Positions 44,680 to 54,083 of a stretch of 64,000 nt of DNA are shown piece after piece (position 1 is the stretch's first letter; each line of letters begins with the position of its first letter). Below the pieces are notes generated by a model, which worked only from the letters and a program-made list of their open reading frames with translations, ran no database searches and was not told where the DNA came from. The DNA is taken from contig CAZDHW010000009.1 of assembly GCA_964505415.1 (NCBI GenBank), forward strand, positions 1,102-65,101. The letters are read 5' to 3'. A program made the translations under genes and the position numbers. Source of the DNA: an uncultured bacterium. Its GTDB lineage: Bacteria; Hydrothermota; Tepidihabitantia; Tepidihabitantales; DTDR01.

Positions 44680-46144
44680 TGAGAAAGTAAATACCCTTCG
44701 ATAGTTTCTTTGATAATTGAGAGGAATTTATTTTTTGGCCAAAAATATTATAAATTCCTTTTTCTTTTTTTCTTTCATAAACAATTTCTTCGATTGCTGG
44801 CGAAGTAGTATTTAAAAATAAAAGATTGCCATTTACTCTATCCCAATTAGTAACTCCTAAATCGCAACAAGGTGAATAGGTATAGTTAATTCTGATGGTT
44901 TCGCCAATATTTGGTGTGAAAGAGAAAGTTAAATAACCAGTAAGATAATCAAAAGTGTATTCATTAGGAGTTAATCTCCTTTCACCAACAAATATCTGAT
45001 TCAATTTTAGCAAAGGAATTTTTAAATTAAACAGCTTTCTTTCACCATTACCCACTCTTATTTCAGTAGTATCTATTAAATGGTCGTTTCTTAAACAACC
45101 AAACATAATATTTTCACAAACCAAATTTCTTCCCCAATTATAAGACCATTGGGGAGTCGGTAAATAAGAACCGGAAAAGTTTTCAAAAACGCAAATCGAT
45201 TCCCACCAACCACCACAAGCTAACTCTAAATAACCATCGCCATTAAGGTCGCCGAAAGAGACGCTGGAGGAATAGCGGGTATTGGTTAATAAAGTAAAAG
45301 CGGGAATAGTATCTAAAATACCATTATTATTCTGATAAACAAGAACGCAAGAACGGTCACCGGATAATTGGCCATTGTTAGCCACTGCTATATCCAAAAA
45401 ACCATCGTTATTATAATCGCCAATTGCTAATCTTAAAACCCAGCCTGGCTGCGAAAAAGTTATGGTTGGATTGGAGGGCAATCTTCCATTATCAGAGAGA
45501 TAGATATTTATCTTCCTCCGATGACCAACTATTAAATCTAAATAGCCATCATTATTTATATCAACAAATCTTATGGCATCAGAAGGGGAACTATCGGAAG
45601 AAACCCAAAAAGGAAGGGTATCAAAAATCCCGTTATTATTTTTATAAATTCTTGCCGGCTCTCTTATTTGGTTATAGGCATCGCCACAAGCAACTGCCAA
45701 ATCTAAATCACCATCTAAATCAAAATCACCAAGACAACAATCAAAAGAATGTAAATTTTCCGAAGATTGCCAAAAAGGAGTGGGAATAAGGCCTCTGCCG
45801 TTATTTAAATAAATCCTTATCTTGCCACTAATATTCCCAATGCCTAAATAACTTACCGCCATATCTAAATACCCATCGTTATTAACGTCGCCAAGATAGA
45901 GATGTCCAAACATTCCTGAATCGTTACTTCGCCAAGAAGCTTCTCTTTCTAATTCACCACCAAAATTAAAATAAATAGCATTTTTATTATAAGCCATATC
46001 ATTCCCATTAGAAGTAATAAAATCAAGATAACCATTATTATCAATATCCCAAAAAGCTCCCCCAGTAGAATAATCATTATCAATAGAAAGCCAAGAAGGA
46101 GAGTTAGGCAAGGGAATTAAAAAGAAAAGAAAAAGAGCAAGCAT
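44651..46144 (-). CDS. FG-GAP repeat protein with C-terminal T9SS (Por) sorting domain
   Basis: Repeated DxNxDGxxD calcium-binding FG-GAP units (DINNDGYLDLIV, GDYNNDGFLDIAV, GDLNGDGYLELA, GDFDLDGDLDLAV). Signal peptide. C-terminal LSKGIYFLNGKKYLLLK tail typical of T9SS CTD. Confidence 0.65.
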   Translation of the reverse strand: MLALFLFFLIPLPNSPSWLSIDNDYSTGGAFWDIDNNGYLDFITSNGNDMAYNKNAIYFNFGGELEREASWRSNDSGMFGHLYLGDVNNDGYLDMAVSYLGIGNISGKIRIYLNNGRGLIPTPFWQSSENLHSFDCCLGDFDLDGDLDLAVACGDAYNQIREPARIYKNNNGIFDTLPFWVSSDSSPSDAIRFVDINNDGYLDLIVGHRRKINIYLSDNGRLPSNPTITFSQPGWVLRLAIGDYNNDGFLDIAVANNGQLSGDRSCVLVYQNNNGILDTIPAFTLLTNTRYSSSVSFGDLNGDGYLELACGGWWESICVFENFSGSYLPTPQWSYNWGRNLVCENIMFGCLRNDHLIDTTEIRVGNGERKLFNLKIPLLKLNQIFVGERRLTPNEYTFDYLTGYLTFSFTPNIGETIRINYTYSPCCDLGVTNWDRVNGNLLFLNTTSPAIEEIVYERKKEKGIYNIFGQKINSSQLSKKLSKGIYFLNGKKYLLLK

Positions 46145-46213
46145 TTAATATTATAATTTATTTTTAAAAATTGTCAAAGTTGATTTTTATTTTTTGTTTA
46201 TTATCATTAAATT

Positions 46214-47716
46214 ATGAGAAAAATTGTTGAATGCGTACCAAATTTTTCCGAAGGGAAAAGAAAAGAAGTTGTTGACCAAATTGTTTCGGCAATTTTATCG
46301 GTTCCTAATGTTTTTCTTTTAGATGTGGAGATGAATCCGGATCATAATCGTTCAGTAATAACTTTTATTGGTGAACCCGAAGCCTGTGTGGAAGCGGCTT
46401 TTCGGGCAACAAAGAAAGCAGCGGAATTAATTGACTTAAACAAGCATAAAGGTGAGCACCCAAGAATTGGAGCGACTGATGTCATTCCTTTTGTACCCAT
46501 CTCTGGCGTCACTATGGAAGAATGCGTGGAACTGGCTAAAAAATTGGGAAAACGGATTGCTGATGAACTTCAGATCCCTGTTTATTTATACGAACAGGCA
46601 GCTACCAGACCAGAAAGAGTGGATTTGGCTAATATAAGAAAGGGTGAATTTGAAGGATTAAAAGAAGAGATTGAAAAAAATCCAGAAAGAGCTCCAGATT
46701 TTGGATTACCGAAAGTTCATCCAACGGCTGGCGCTACCGTAGTTGGTGCCCGTTTCCCTTTGATTGCTTATAATATTAATCTTAATACAAAAGATTTAAA
46801 CATTGCGAAAAATATTGCCAAAGCTATTAGATTTAAAGACGGTGGCTTAAGATATGTGAAAGCCTTAGGTTTTGAAATTAAAGAAAAAGATTGTGTACAA
46901 GTTTCTATTAATATGACTAATTATTTACAAACACCTCTCTATCGAGTTTTTGAAATGGTAAAAAGAGAAGCTGAAAGATACGGAGTAATGGTGCGGGAAA
47001 GTGAAATTGTGGGCTTGGTGCCTCTAAAAGCATTGATTGATACCGCAGTCTATTATTTACAATTAGATTCTTTTAAAGAAAATCAGATTTTAGAAATGAG
47101 ACTTCCGGAAACAAAAAGTCTAGTTTCTTTTCTTTCCGATGTGGCTTCAGAAAAACCGACACCAGGAGGAGGAGCGGTTTCGGCATTGGCGGGTAATTTG
47201 GGAACTTCTTTATTGATAATGGTCTGTAATTTAACCATTGGTAAAAAAGCCTACTCAGCCTATGAAGAAAAAATGAAAGAATTAAGAAATACTTTAGATG
47301 TTTATGCCCAAAGATTTTATAATCTTATTCAATTAGATTGTGATGCCTTTAATAAGGTAATGGATGCCTTTAAACTACCAAAAGAAGATAAAGAAAGAGA
47401 AAATAAAATTCAAGAAGCTTTAAAAAATGCCATTAATGTTCCTATGGAAATTATGGAAAAATCTTTAGAAGTTCTAAAATTATCCTTTTTTATTGCTGAA
47501 TTTGGTAATAAAAATGCTATCTCTGATTGTGGTGTTGGAATAAACCTTTTATATTCGGCGATAAAAGGAGCCTATTACAATGTTTTGATAAACCTTTTAC
47601 CTTTAAAAGACGAAAAAGAAAAAAAGACCTTAAAAGAAAATAGCGAAAAGATTTTGAAAGAGAGTGAAAAATTGTTAAAAGAATTAGAAGAAAAAATTTT
47701 TCAAAGATTGTCATAA
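46214..47716 (+). CDS. ftcD: Bifunctional glutamate formimidoyltransferase / formimidoyltetrahydrofolate cyclodeaminase (FTCD-like)
   Basis: N-terminal [23 protein letters not shown] (compare human FTCD [23 protein letters not shown]). C-terminal FTCD_C motif [31 protein letters not shown]. Confidence 0.8.
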   Translation: [500 protein letters not shown]

Positions 47717-47726
47717 AAATTGATTA

Positions 47727-48569
47727 ATGGCCGAAGAAAAATATTGTGACCTTCATATTCATACTATTTTTTCTGATGGACTTTATACTCCCGAAGAAGC
47801 AGTAAGAAAAGCAAAAGAATTGAATTTCTCCGCAATTGCCATCGCTGACCACGATGCCGTCTCCGGTATTGAAAGAGCTGAAAAAGAAGGGGAAAAAATA
47901 GGAATGGAAGTAATACCCGCCTGTGAATTTTCCTGTTTAATGAAAAATAAGGATGTTCACATTTTAGCTTATTTTTTAGATTATAAAAACGAAAAACTTA
48001 ACGATTTTTTGAAAAAGGTACAAAATAAAAGGATTGAAAGGGCAGAAAAGATTATCGGCAATCTCCGAGAGCAAGGAATAAAAATTGAATTAAAAAGAGT
48101 ATTAGAAGTAGCCAAGAACGGAGCGGTTGGCCGTCCTCATATTGCCCAGGTATTATTAGAAGAAGGTTATGTCCAAACCATTGAAGAAGCTTTTATGAAA
48201 TTTATTGGCTATCATTGTCCGGCTTATGTCCCAAAAATGGAGATAAGTCCAGAAGAGGCTTTAAAAATTATAAAAGATTTTAAAGGCATTTCGATTCTTG
48301 CCCATCCGGTAGCTTATGATTTTTCGGAGATTATTTTCCCCCTAATAAAAATGGGTATAATGGGCATTGAGGTTTATCATCCTGACCATAATGAAGAAAA
48401 TACCAAATATTTTTTAGAAATTGCCCAAAAATACGGTCTCTTAATTACTGGGGGCTCTGACTGCCATGGCGGCAGAAAGGGAAAACTTTTCTTAGGCGAA
48501 ATAAAATTGCCTTATTTTCATCTTTCCAAATTAAAAGATAAAAAGAAAGAAGTTTTTGGTGATATATAG
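47727..48569 (+). CDS. PHP-family metal-dependent phosphoesterase (TrpH/YciV-like)
   Basis: CDLHIHTIFSDG...AIADHD His/Asp metal ligands. HPDHNEE. GGSDCHG. 280 aa. Confidence 0.75.
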   Translation: MAEEKYCDLHIHTIFSDGLYTPEEAVRKAKELNFSAIAIADHDAVSGIERAEKEGEKIGMEVIPACEFSCLMKNKDVHILAYFLDYKNEKLNDFLKKVQNKRIERAEKIIGNLREQGIKIELKRVLEVAKNGAVGRPHIAQVLLEEGYVQTIEEAFMKFIGYHCPAYVPKMEISPEEALKIIKDFKGISILAHPVAYDFSEIIFPLIKMGIMGIEVYHPDHNEENTKYFLEIAQKYGLLITGGSDCHGGRKGKLFLGEIKLPYFHLSKLKDKKKEVFGDI

Positions 48570-49341
48570 GCTATTATTTTTCTTTTTTATTTACAAATAT
48601 GTCTGCCTAAATTTTGACGACGGCTATTATTCTATTTACAAAAATGCCTATCCTTTATTAAAAAATAATAAATTTAAATTTACTTTAGCCCTTATCGGAG
48701 CTTATTTAAAAGATAAAAAGATAAAAAATAAGAATGATTACCGCTATCTCACTATTAACGAAATAAAAGAAATGATCGATAGTTTAGATATTGAAATCGC
48801 TTCCCATTCGTTAACCCACAGAGATTTAAGAGAATTAAATAACGAAGAAATAGAAAAGGAGATAAAGGAATCAAAGGAAGTTTTAGAAAGGCTTTTTAAA
48901 AAGGAGGTTTTAATCTTTGTCTATCCATATGGAAGGTATGATAGTCGGGTGATAAAAAGTTTAATAAAAAATGGCTATTTTTTAGGAAGAAGCACCAATT
49001 ACGGTGAAATAGATTTTTTTCTCAAAAGATGGGAATTACCGGTAAAAGAAGTAAGAAAAGAAACCAAGCTTTCTGATATCATTTCCTATATTAATAAAAA
49101 TAAATATACCATTTTACTTTTTCATCGCATCACTGAAAAACCCCGATATTTTACTGATTATTCAAAAAGGGATTTTTCTCTTTTAATTGATTATCTGAAA
49201 GAAAACAATATTAAAGTAGTAACTTTAAAAGAAATGTATGAAATATGGTGGCAGGATTTTTTAGAAAGATTATCTAAAAGAGAAGAAACTTCTTTAAAAA
49301 TTTATGCTCCAATCTATCTTGATATTTTAAAGATTAAATAA
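48556..49341 (+). CDS. Polysaccharide deacetylase (NodB homology domain)
   Basis: NodB motifs FDDG, ASHSLTH and YPYG-R. Confidence 0.65.
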   Translation: MVIYRLLFFFFIYKYVCLNFDDGYYSIYKNAYPLLKNNKFKFTLALIGAYLKDKKIKNKNDYRYLTINEIKEMIDSLDIEIASHSLTHRDLRELNNEEIEKEIKESKEVLERLFKKEVLIFVYPYGRYDSRVIKSLIKNGYFLGRSTNYGEIDFFLKRWELPVKEVRKETKLSDIISYINKNKYTILLFHRITEKPRYFTDYSKRDFSLLIDYLKENNIKVVTLKEMYEIWWQDFLERLSKREETSLKIYAPIYLDILKIK

Positions 49342-49974
49342 TTATTCCAAAAGATAGACATCTACCTCCATACCATGTTTTATACCGGCATTTTTAAAAC
49401 TGTGATGATTATGTTTATAACCTAAAAAAATATCTATCTTTCTCCCTTTTATTTCACTGCCAATATCATGGGCATAGAAAATTCCGTTATGGCTTTCTTT
49501 TTCATTAATTTTTAAACCAAAGATATTGGGGATATACAATATTGAACCGAGTTTAATAAAATTAGAATCGACGGCTATTGATTTTAAAGGCGTTAATTTA
49601 AACCCATATCCCAAGGGTTTATCAACAATTTTTACCTTATCTTTTTTCTTTAAATAAGAAATAATCCTTCCGTCCCTTAATTTGGCACAAGATTCAATTT
49701 TAAAATCTTTCACAAAATCTATTGGGAAATAACCAAGAAGTCGACCATCTTCTAAGTATAAAGGAACTTTTCTCTTACCGGTGTAATATTCTTCTTCCAC
49801 TATCCAGTAAAAACTTACTTTAAACTTTCCTAAATACCTACCCTGATTTAAAGATGTCTTCTGAGGAAGAGGTTTCATAATAAAAGAGGGGGTTAAAGGC
49901 TTTTCTAATCTTAAGGGTGTACAGAAAAAAATTAATATTATTGAAAATATAATAATAAATAAATATACTCTCAT
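49342..49974 (-). CDS. 3D-domain protein (MltA-like C-terminal domain), secreted
   Basis: Signal peptide. AVDSNFIKLGSILYIP...FYAHDIGSEIKGRKIDIFLG matches the three-Asp 3D domain signature. Confidence 0.55.
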   Translation of the reverse strand: MRVYLFIIIFSIILIFFCTPLRLEKPLTPSFIMKPLPQKTSLNQGRYLGKFKVSFYWIVEEEYYTGKRKVPLYLEDGRLLGYFPIDFVKDFKIESCAKLRDGRIISYLKKKDKVKIVDKPLGYGFKLTPLKSIAVDSNFIKLGSILYIPNIFGLKINEKESHNGIFYAHDIGSEIKGRKIDIFLGYKHNHHSFKNAGIKHGMEVDVYLLE

Positions 49975-50127
49975 AGCCCACCCCTTTTTAAATTGTTTAA
50001 ATTTTAAAGAATTTTTATAAAAAAGTCAAATAGAAAATAAGGGTAAGATAAAAAGGGGTTATTCGTTATATATAATGAAGGGTTTTTTAACAAAAATTAG
50101 GGGAGCTGTATAGGATATGGTATACTT

Positions 50128-52002
50128 TTACTTTATCTTTATTATCTTTTTTATTTTACCATTTTTATTTATAAAATAAATACCTCTATTTAAGGAATTT
50201 AACTCTTTATTTTTTATCTCTTGCCCTAAGTAATTGAAAATTCTTAACTTATTATATTGGAAATTTTTATCAATATTATTATAAGCAATTCCACTCCCTC
50301 TTAAAAAATAGGTTAGACCATCCAAATCAAAACCAGCATAAGGTAAGTTATTAGAACCACTATTAACATCAACAATTTTTATGTAATAAACGCTATCCAA
50401 AGGAGAATTACTGAGGTCAAAGCCGCTTGTCCCTAAACCCCTTCCTAAATAATACCAATTAGAAAGGTCTAAAGAGACATAACAATCATAAAATTCATCG
50501 CCATCAACAGGAGCTTCATAAACTATAAAATCGATACCATTGCCATTTCTTAGTGGCCATTTTTTTTCTAATTCTAAGACTATCTCGCCACCAAAACATA
50601 AGGAATAAAATAAAGAATCTGGAGGTCCTAAGCAATCGGTTGTTAAAGTAGGATTGGCTGAATCTTGGATTGTTCTTTTTACATAATATAAACGAGTGGC
50701 AAAACCAATAGGCTCTTCTTGAGGAATAAGTTTTATAAGAATTTCGGCAGAAGTATCAGAAGGTACATAAATATCCTCTATTATCTTTGGTTTATAACCG
50801 ACTGAATAAACCTTTAGGCTATATCTTCCTTCGGGTAATGGTTTATAAAAATCTCCTAAATAAGGGTCATTATAAACATGCCATCTTTTCGGTGAGTAAA
50901 AGGTAATAACTGCCGGGATCGGTGTATTATTTAAAGAATCAACCACCTTTCCTTTTATCCCCTTTCCCATTATTCTTAAGATATAAAGAATAGCCCGATA
51001 ATTTGCCTCACAAATAGAATCGATCTGACTTGGAGAAGTAGGTTGCTGAGTCTCAATGGTCCAGGCAAGAGTTCCAAAGTTGCCAAAAAGATAATCCTGG
51101 GAAGAACCTCTTACCATATACCAATCATAACCATTTATCGGTATTAACCGGGTAGTAGAAGAACCATAGGTTGAATCGGCATAATTTTGAGAAAGATAGA
51201 TTATATAATTAGAATCTGGCGGGTCTTTCTTATGAAAATCCCATAAATAATTAACATAAGAAGCCGCTGAATGGTAATCAAAAGAGAAAGAGAAATTATT
51301 CTTTAATGACAATTCTCTCATCAATTTCGTTTCAACTTGGGAAAAAGGTGCTGGGCTATTTCCACTTCCCGCCCACATATAGCCATAATCTCTATTTAAA
51401 TCTACATTATTATGATTATACCGGCGATTTCTCACATAACCATCAGGATTTAAAATCGGAATAATCCAAATCTCTCTATTATTTACAAGATAATTTATTA
51501 AAGGGTTTTCATAATATTCACTTAAAAGTCTTTTTATATAATATAAACAGATAACTGTTGAGATTTTTTCATTACCGTGATGGCAACCGGTAAATCTTAT
51601 TTCCGGCTCTTCCTCTTCTATTAAAGGATTATCGGTTATTTTCATTGCGATAATCGGATAATTATTAACCGATCCCAATGTTTCTAATTTACTAATCTCC
51701 GGATAACTTCTCTGTAAGGAATCTAATTCTCTTAACACCTCTTCAAAAGTTGGATACTGTAAAGAGATTTCTCGTATTCTCTCTTCATAATCTTCGCTAA
51801 TAATTGCTATTTTATAGCCAGCCTTTTTCAATTTTAAAAATCCTTCATCATTAGTTAAAATAAAGAGAAACTTCTCTTCCCGATTTATGATATCTAAGCC
51901 CATTTCGCTAATTTTTATAATATCCGAATAATCTTTTATTTCAACCCGAATAAGTCTTTGGGAATTAAAAGCAAAAATTAAAAGAAGAAGAAAATAACCC
52001 AT
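50128..52002 (-). CDS. M14-family zinc carboxypeptidase with C-terminal T9SS sorting domain
   Basis: HxxE zinc motif FTGCHHGNE, NPDGY, downstream His/Glu. C-terminal SLNRGIYFINKNGKIKKIIKIK T9SS CTD-like tail. Signal peptide. Confidence 0.7.
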   Translation of the reverse strand: MGYFLLLLIFAFNSQRLIRVEIKDYSDIIKISEMGLDIINREEKFLFILTNDEGFLKLKKAGYKIAIISEDYEERIREISLQYPTFEEVLRELDSLQRSYPEISKLETLGSVNNYPIIAMKITDNPLIEEEEPEIRFTGCHHGNEKISTVICLYYIKRLLSEYYENPLINYLVNNREIWIIPILNPDGYVRNRRYNHNNVDLNRDYGYMWAGSGNSPAPFSQVETKLMRELSLKNNFSFSFDYHSAASYVNYLWDFHKKDPPDSNYIIYLSQNYADSTYGSSTTRLIPINGYDWYMVRGSSQDYLFGNFGTLAWTIETQQPTSPSQIDSICEANYRAILYILRIMGKGIKGKVVDSLNNTPIPAVITFYSPKRWHVYNDPYLGDFYKPLPEGRYSLKVYSVGYKPKIIEDIYVPSDTSAEILIKLIPQEEPIGFATRLYYVKRTIQDSANPTLTTDCLGPPDSLFYSLCFGGEIVLELEKKWPLRNGNGIDFIVYEAPVDGDEFYDCYVSLDLSNWYYLGRGLGTSGFDLSNSPLDSVYYIKIVDVNSGSNNLPYAGFDLDGLTYFLRGSGIAYNNIDKNFQYNKLRIFNYLGQEIKNKELNSLNRGIYFINKNGKIKKIIKIK

Positions 52003-52006
52003 TATC

Positions 52007-53161
52007 TTAAAGGGTTGGTGGGAATCTTCCTTTAATAAGTTCTAAAGCAATAATCTGTTTTTGGATCTCGTTCGTTCCTTCATAGATTTGAGTTATTTTC
52101 GCATCTCTCATCATCTTTTCTACCGGATAATCTTTCATATAGCCGTAACCACCAAAAAGTTGGACAGCCTTTGTTGTTACTTCCATCGCCACATCCGAGG
52201 CAAAAAGTTTTGCCATAGAAGAAAGAGCCGAAATATTTTTGGCACCGCTATCACACACTTTTGCCGCATAATAAACCAGTTGGCGAGCCGCTTCAATTTT
52301 GGTTGCCATCTCCGCTAACATAAATTGAATACCTTGGAAAGAGGCTATTGGTTGACCAAATTGTTTTCTCTGTTTTACATAGTTTAAAGCCTCTTCAAAG
52401 GCACCTTGAGCAATTCCCACCGCTTGCGCTCCTACTCCGGGTCTGGTTTTATCAAATGTTTGCATAATATAGAGAAAACCCATTCCTTCTTTTCCTAAAA
52501 GGTTTTCCTTAGGCACGCGACAATTATCAAAAATCACCTCAGTCGTCTTTGCTGCTCTAATTCCCATTTTGTTTTCCTCTTTACCAAAAGAAAGACCAGG
52601 AGTCCCTTTTTCCACAATAAAACAAGAAAGTCCTCGGGCACCCTTTTTCTTATCAGTAGAGGCAACTACCACATAAATATCAGCCACACTACCATTAGTG
52701 ATAAACTGTTTTACTCCGTTTAAAACATAATAATCTCCATCCTTTTCGGCAGTCGTTTGGACATTGCTGGCATCACTACCAGCCTCCGCTTCTGTCAGAC
52801 AAAAGGCACCAATAGCACCATCAGCAAACATTTTTAAATATTTTCTCTTTTGTTCTTCATTACCAGCAATGATAATTGGAAAAGAAGCCAAACCACAAGC
52901 CGCATAAGAAACACCGACACCACCGCATACTCGGGATATCTCTTCCACTACTAAGGACATCGCAAAAACCCCGCCACCAAATCCTCCGTATTCTTCGGGA
53001 ATATAAACCCGGAAAAGGTCCATCTTCGCCATTTCTTTTAAAATTTCAAAGGGATATTCACTTTTTTCATCCAATATTTGTCTTACTGGTTTTATCTTTT
53101 CTTCGGCAAATTGTCTTACCAAATTTTTTATCATTTTTTGTTCTTCTGTCAAAAAAAGCAT
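52007..53161 (-). CDS. Acyl-CoA dehydrogenase (butyryl-CoA dehydrogenase-like)
   Basis: Full-length ACAD pattern: GAFCLTEAEAGSDA, catalytic YEGTNEIQ, FAD-binding regions. 384 aa. Confidence 0.9.
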   Translation of the reverse strand: MLFLTEEQKMIKNLVRQFAEEKIKPVRQILDEKSEYPFEILKEMAKMDLFRVYIPEEYGGFGGGVFAMSLVVEEISRVCGGVGVSYAACGLASFPIIIAGNEEQKRKYLKMFADGAIGAFCLTEAEAGSDASNVQTTAEKDGDYYVLNGVKQFITNGSVADIYVVVASTDKKKGARGLSCFIVEKGTPGLSFGKEENKMGIRAAKTTEVIFDNCRVPKENLLGKEGMGFLYIMQTFDKTRPGVGAQAVGIAQGAFEEALNYVKQRKQFGQPIASFQGIQFMLAEMATKIEAARQLVYYAAKVCDSGAKNISALSSMAKLFASDVAMEVTTKAVQLFGGYGYMKDYPVEKMMRDAKITQIYEGTNEIQKQIIALELIKGRFPPTL

Positions 53162-53171
53162 CTTTCCCTCC

Positions 53172-54083
53172 TTAATTAAATCTTTCTTTTATATCCTCAC
53201 TAACATTTTTTAAAGCCACCAAAAGTTCGTCCCTGACTTTTAAAAAGGCATCGTAATCTAATCCAATGGGGTCAAAAAGATCTTCACCGTTTTTTTGCGG
53301 ATAACCTTTAATCAAAAAAAGCTTATCCTCACATTCCGGAAAAAGAGCAGTTAAATAATAATAATGATTTTTTTCGGCACAAAGAATTAAATCAGCTTCT
53401 TTAATCATATCCTCGGAAACCGACTTTGCCAAATGACCGCTAATATCAATGCCAATCTCCTTTAATGCCTTTTCAGCATAAGAAGAAGGTGGTGAATTGT
53501 TTAATGCTTGGGTACCGGCGGAATAGATAAAAACCGGATAATCTTTTAAATAAGCCTCCAAAATTCCTTTCGCCATTGGACTCCGGCAGGTATTACCGGT
53601 ACAAACCACGAGAATATTAAACCAGTAATTGCGGCTGATTTTTATTTTTCTTTTTAATTTTGCTTCCAAGGCGTATAAGGAAAAGGAACCTCGCTTTAAA
53701 AGGTAAATATCCTTATCAATCTTGATATGGGTCCAATTTCTTATTTTAAAAGGTTCTTTAAAATTTTTCTCAATCTTATACCTTTTTTTCAAAAAATTTA
53801 CTAATTCCGAAAAATCAAGAAGAAAATCTTTTTCCCGATATTCTAAAAAATAATATCTTTCTAAAAGAGAGGTCTCTTTTTCTGATAGGTTAAAAAAATA
53901 TTGATTTTGGTGAAGAATAATCAAGGGCGCCAACTCTTTTAATTCCTCTAAAGGCTCTTTTCTCAAGGTAATTATCGGCGAATCATTTAAATTCAACTCT
54001 CTTTTAAGTTCTTCCAAATTTTCTTCTTTTTCACTACCGATTAAAAGATTATCTTTAACTTTTAGAAGTATTATTTTCTTCAT
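53172..54083 (-). CDS. LMW-PTP-family phosphatase with YwlE-type (phosphoarginine phosphatase) P-loop, fused to about 150 aa N-terminal unknown domain
   Basis: P-loop VVCTGNTCRSPMAKG (C-x5-R with Thr in CTGNTCRS as in B. subtilis YwlE; pTyr LMW-PTPs have Ile). DP loop FDPIGLDYD. N-terminal 150 aa has no recognisable motif. Confidence 0.65.
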   Translation of the reverse strand: MKKIILLKVKDNLLIGSEKEENLEELKRELNLNDSPIITLRKEPLEELKELAPLIILHQNQYFFNLSEKETSLLERYYFLEYREKDFLLDFSELVNFLKKRYKIEKNFKEPFKIRNWTHIKIDKDIYLLKRGSFSLYALEAKLKRKIKISRNYWFNILVVCTGNTCRSPMAKGILEAYLKDYPVFIYSAGTQALNNSPPSSYAEKALKEIGIDISGHLAKSVSEDMIKEADLILCAEKNHYYYLTALFPECEDKLFLIKGYPQKNGEDLFDPIGLDYDAFLKVRDELLVALKNVSEDIKERFN

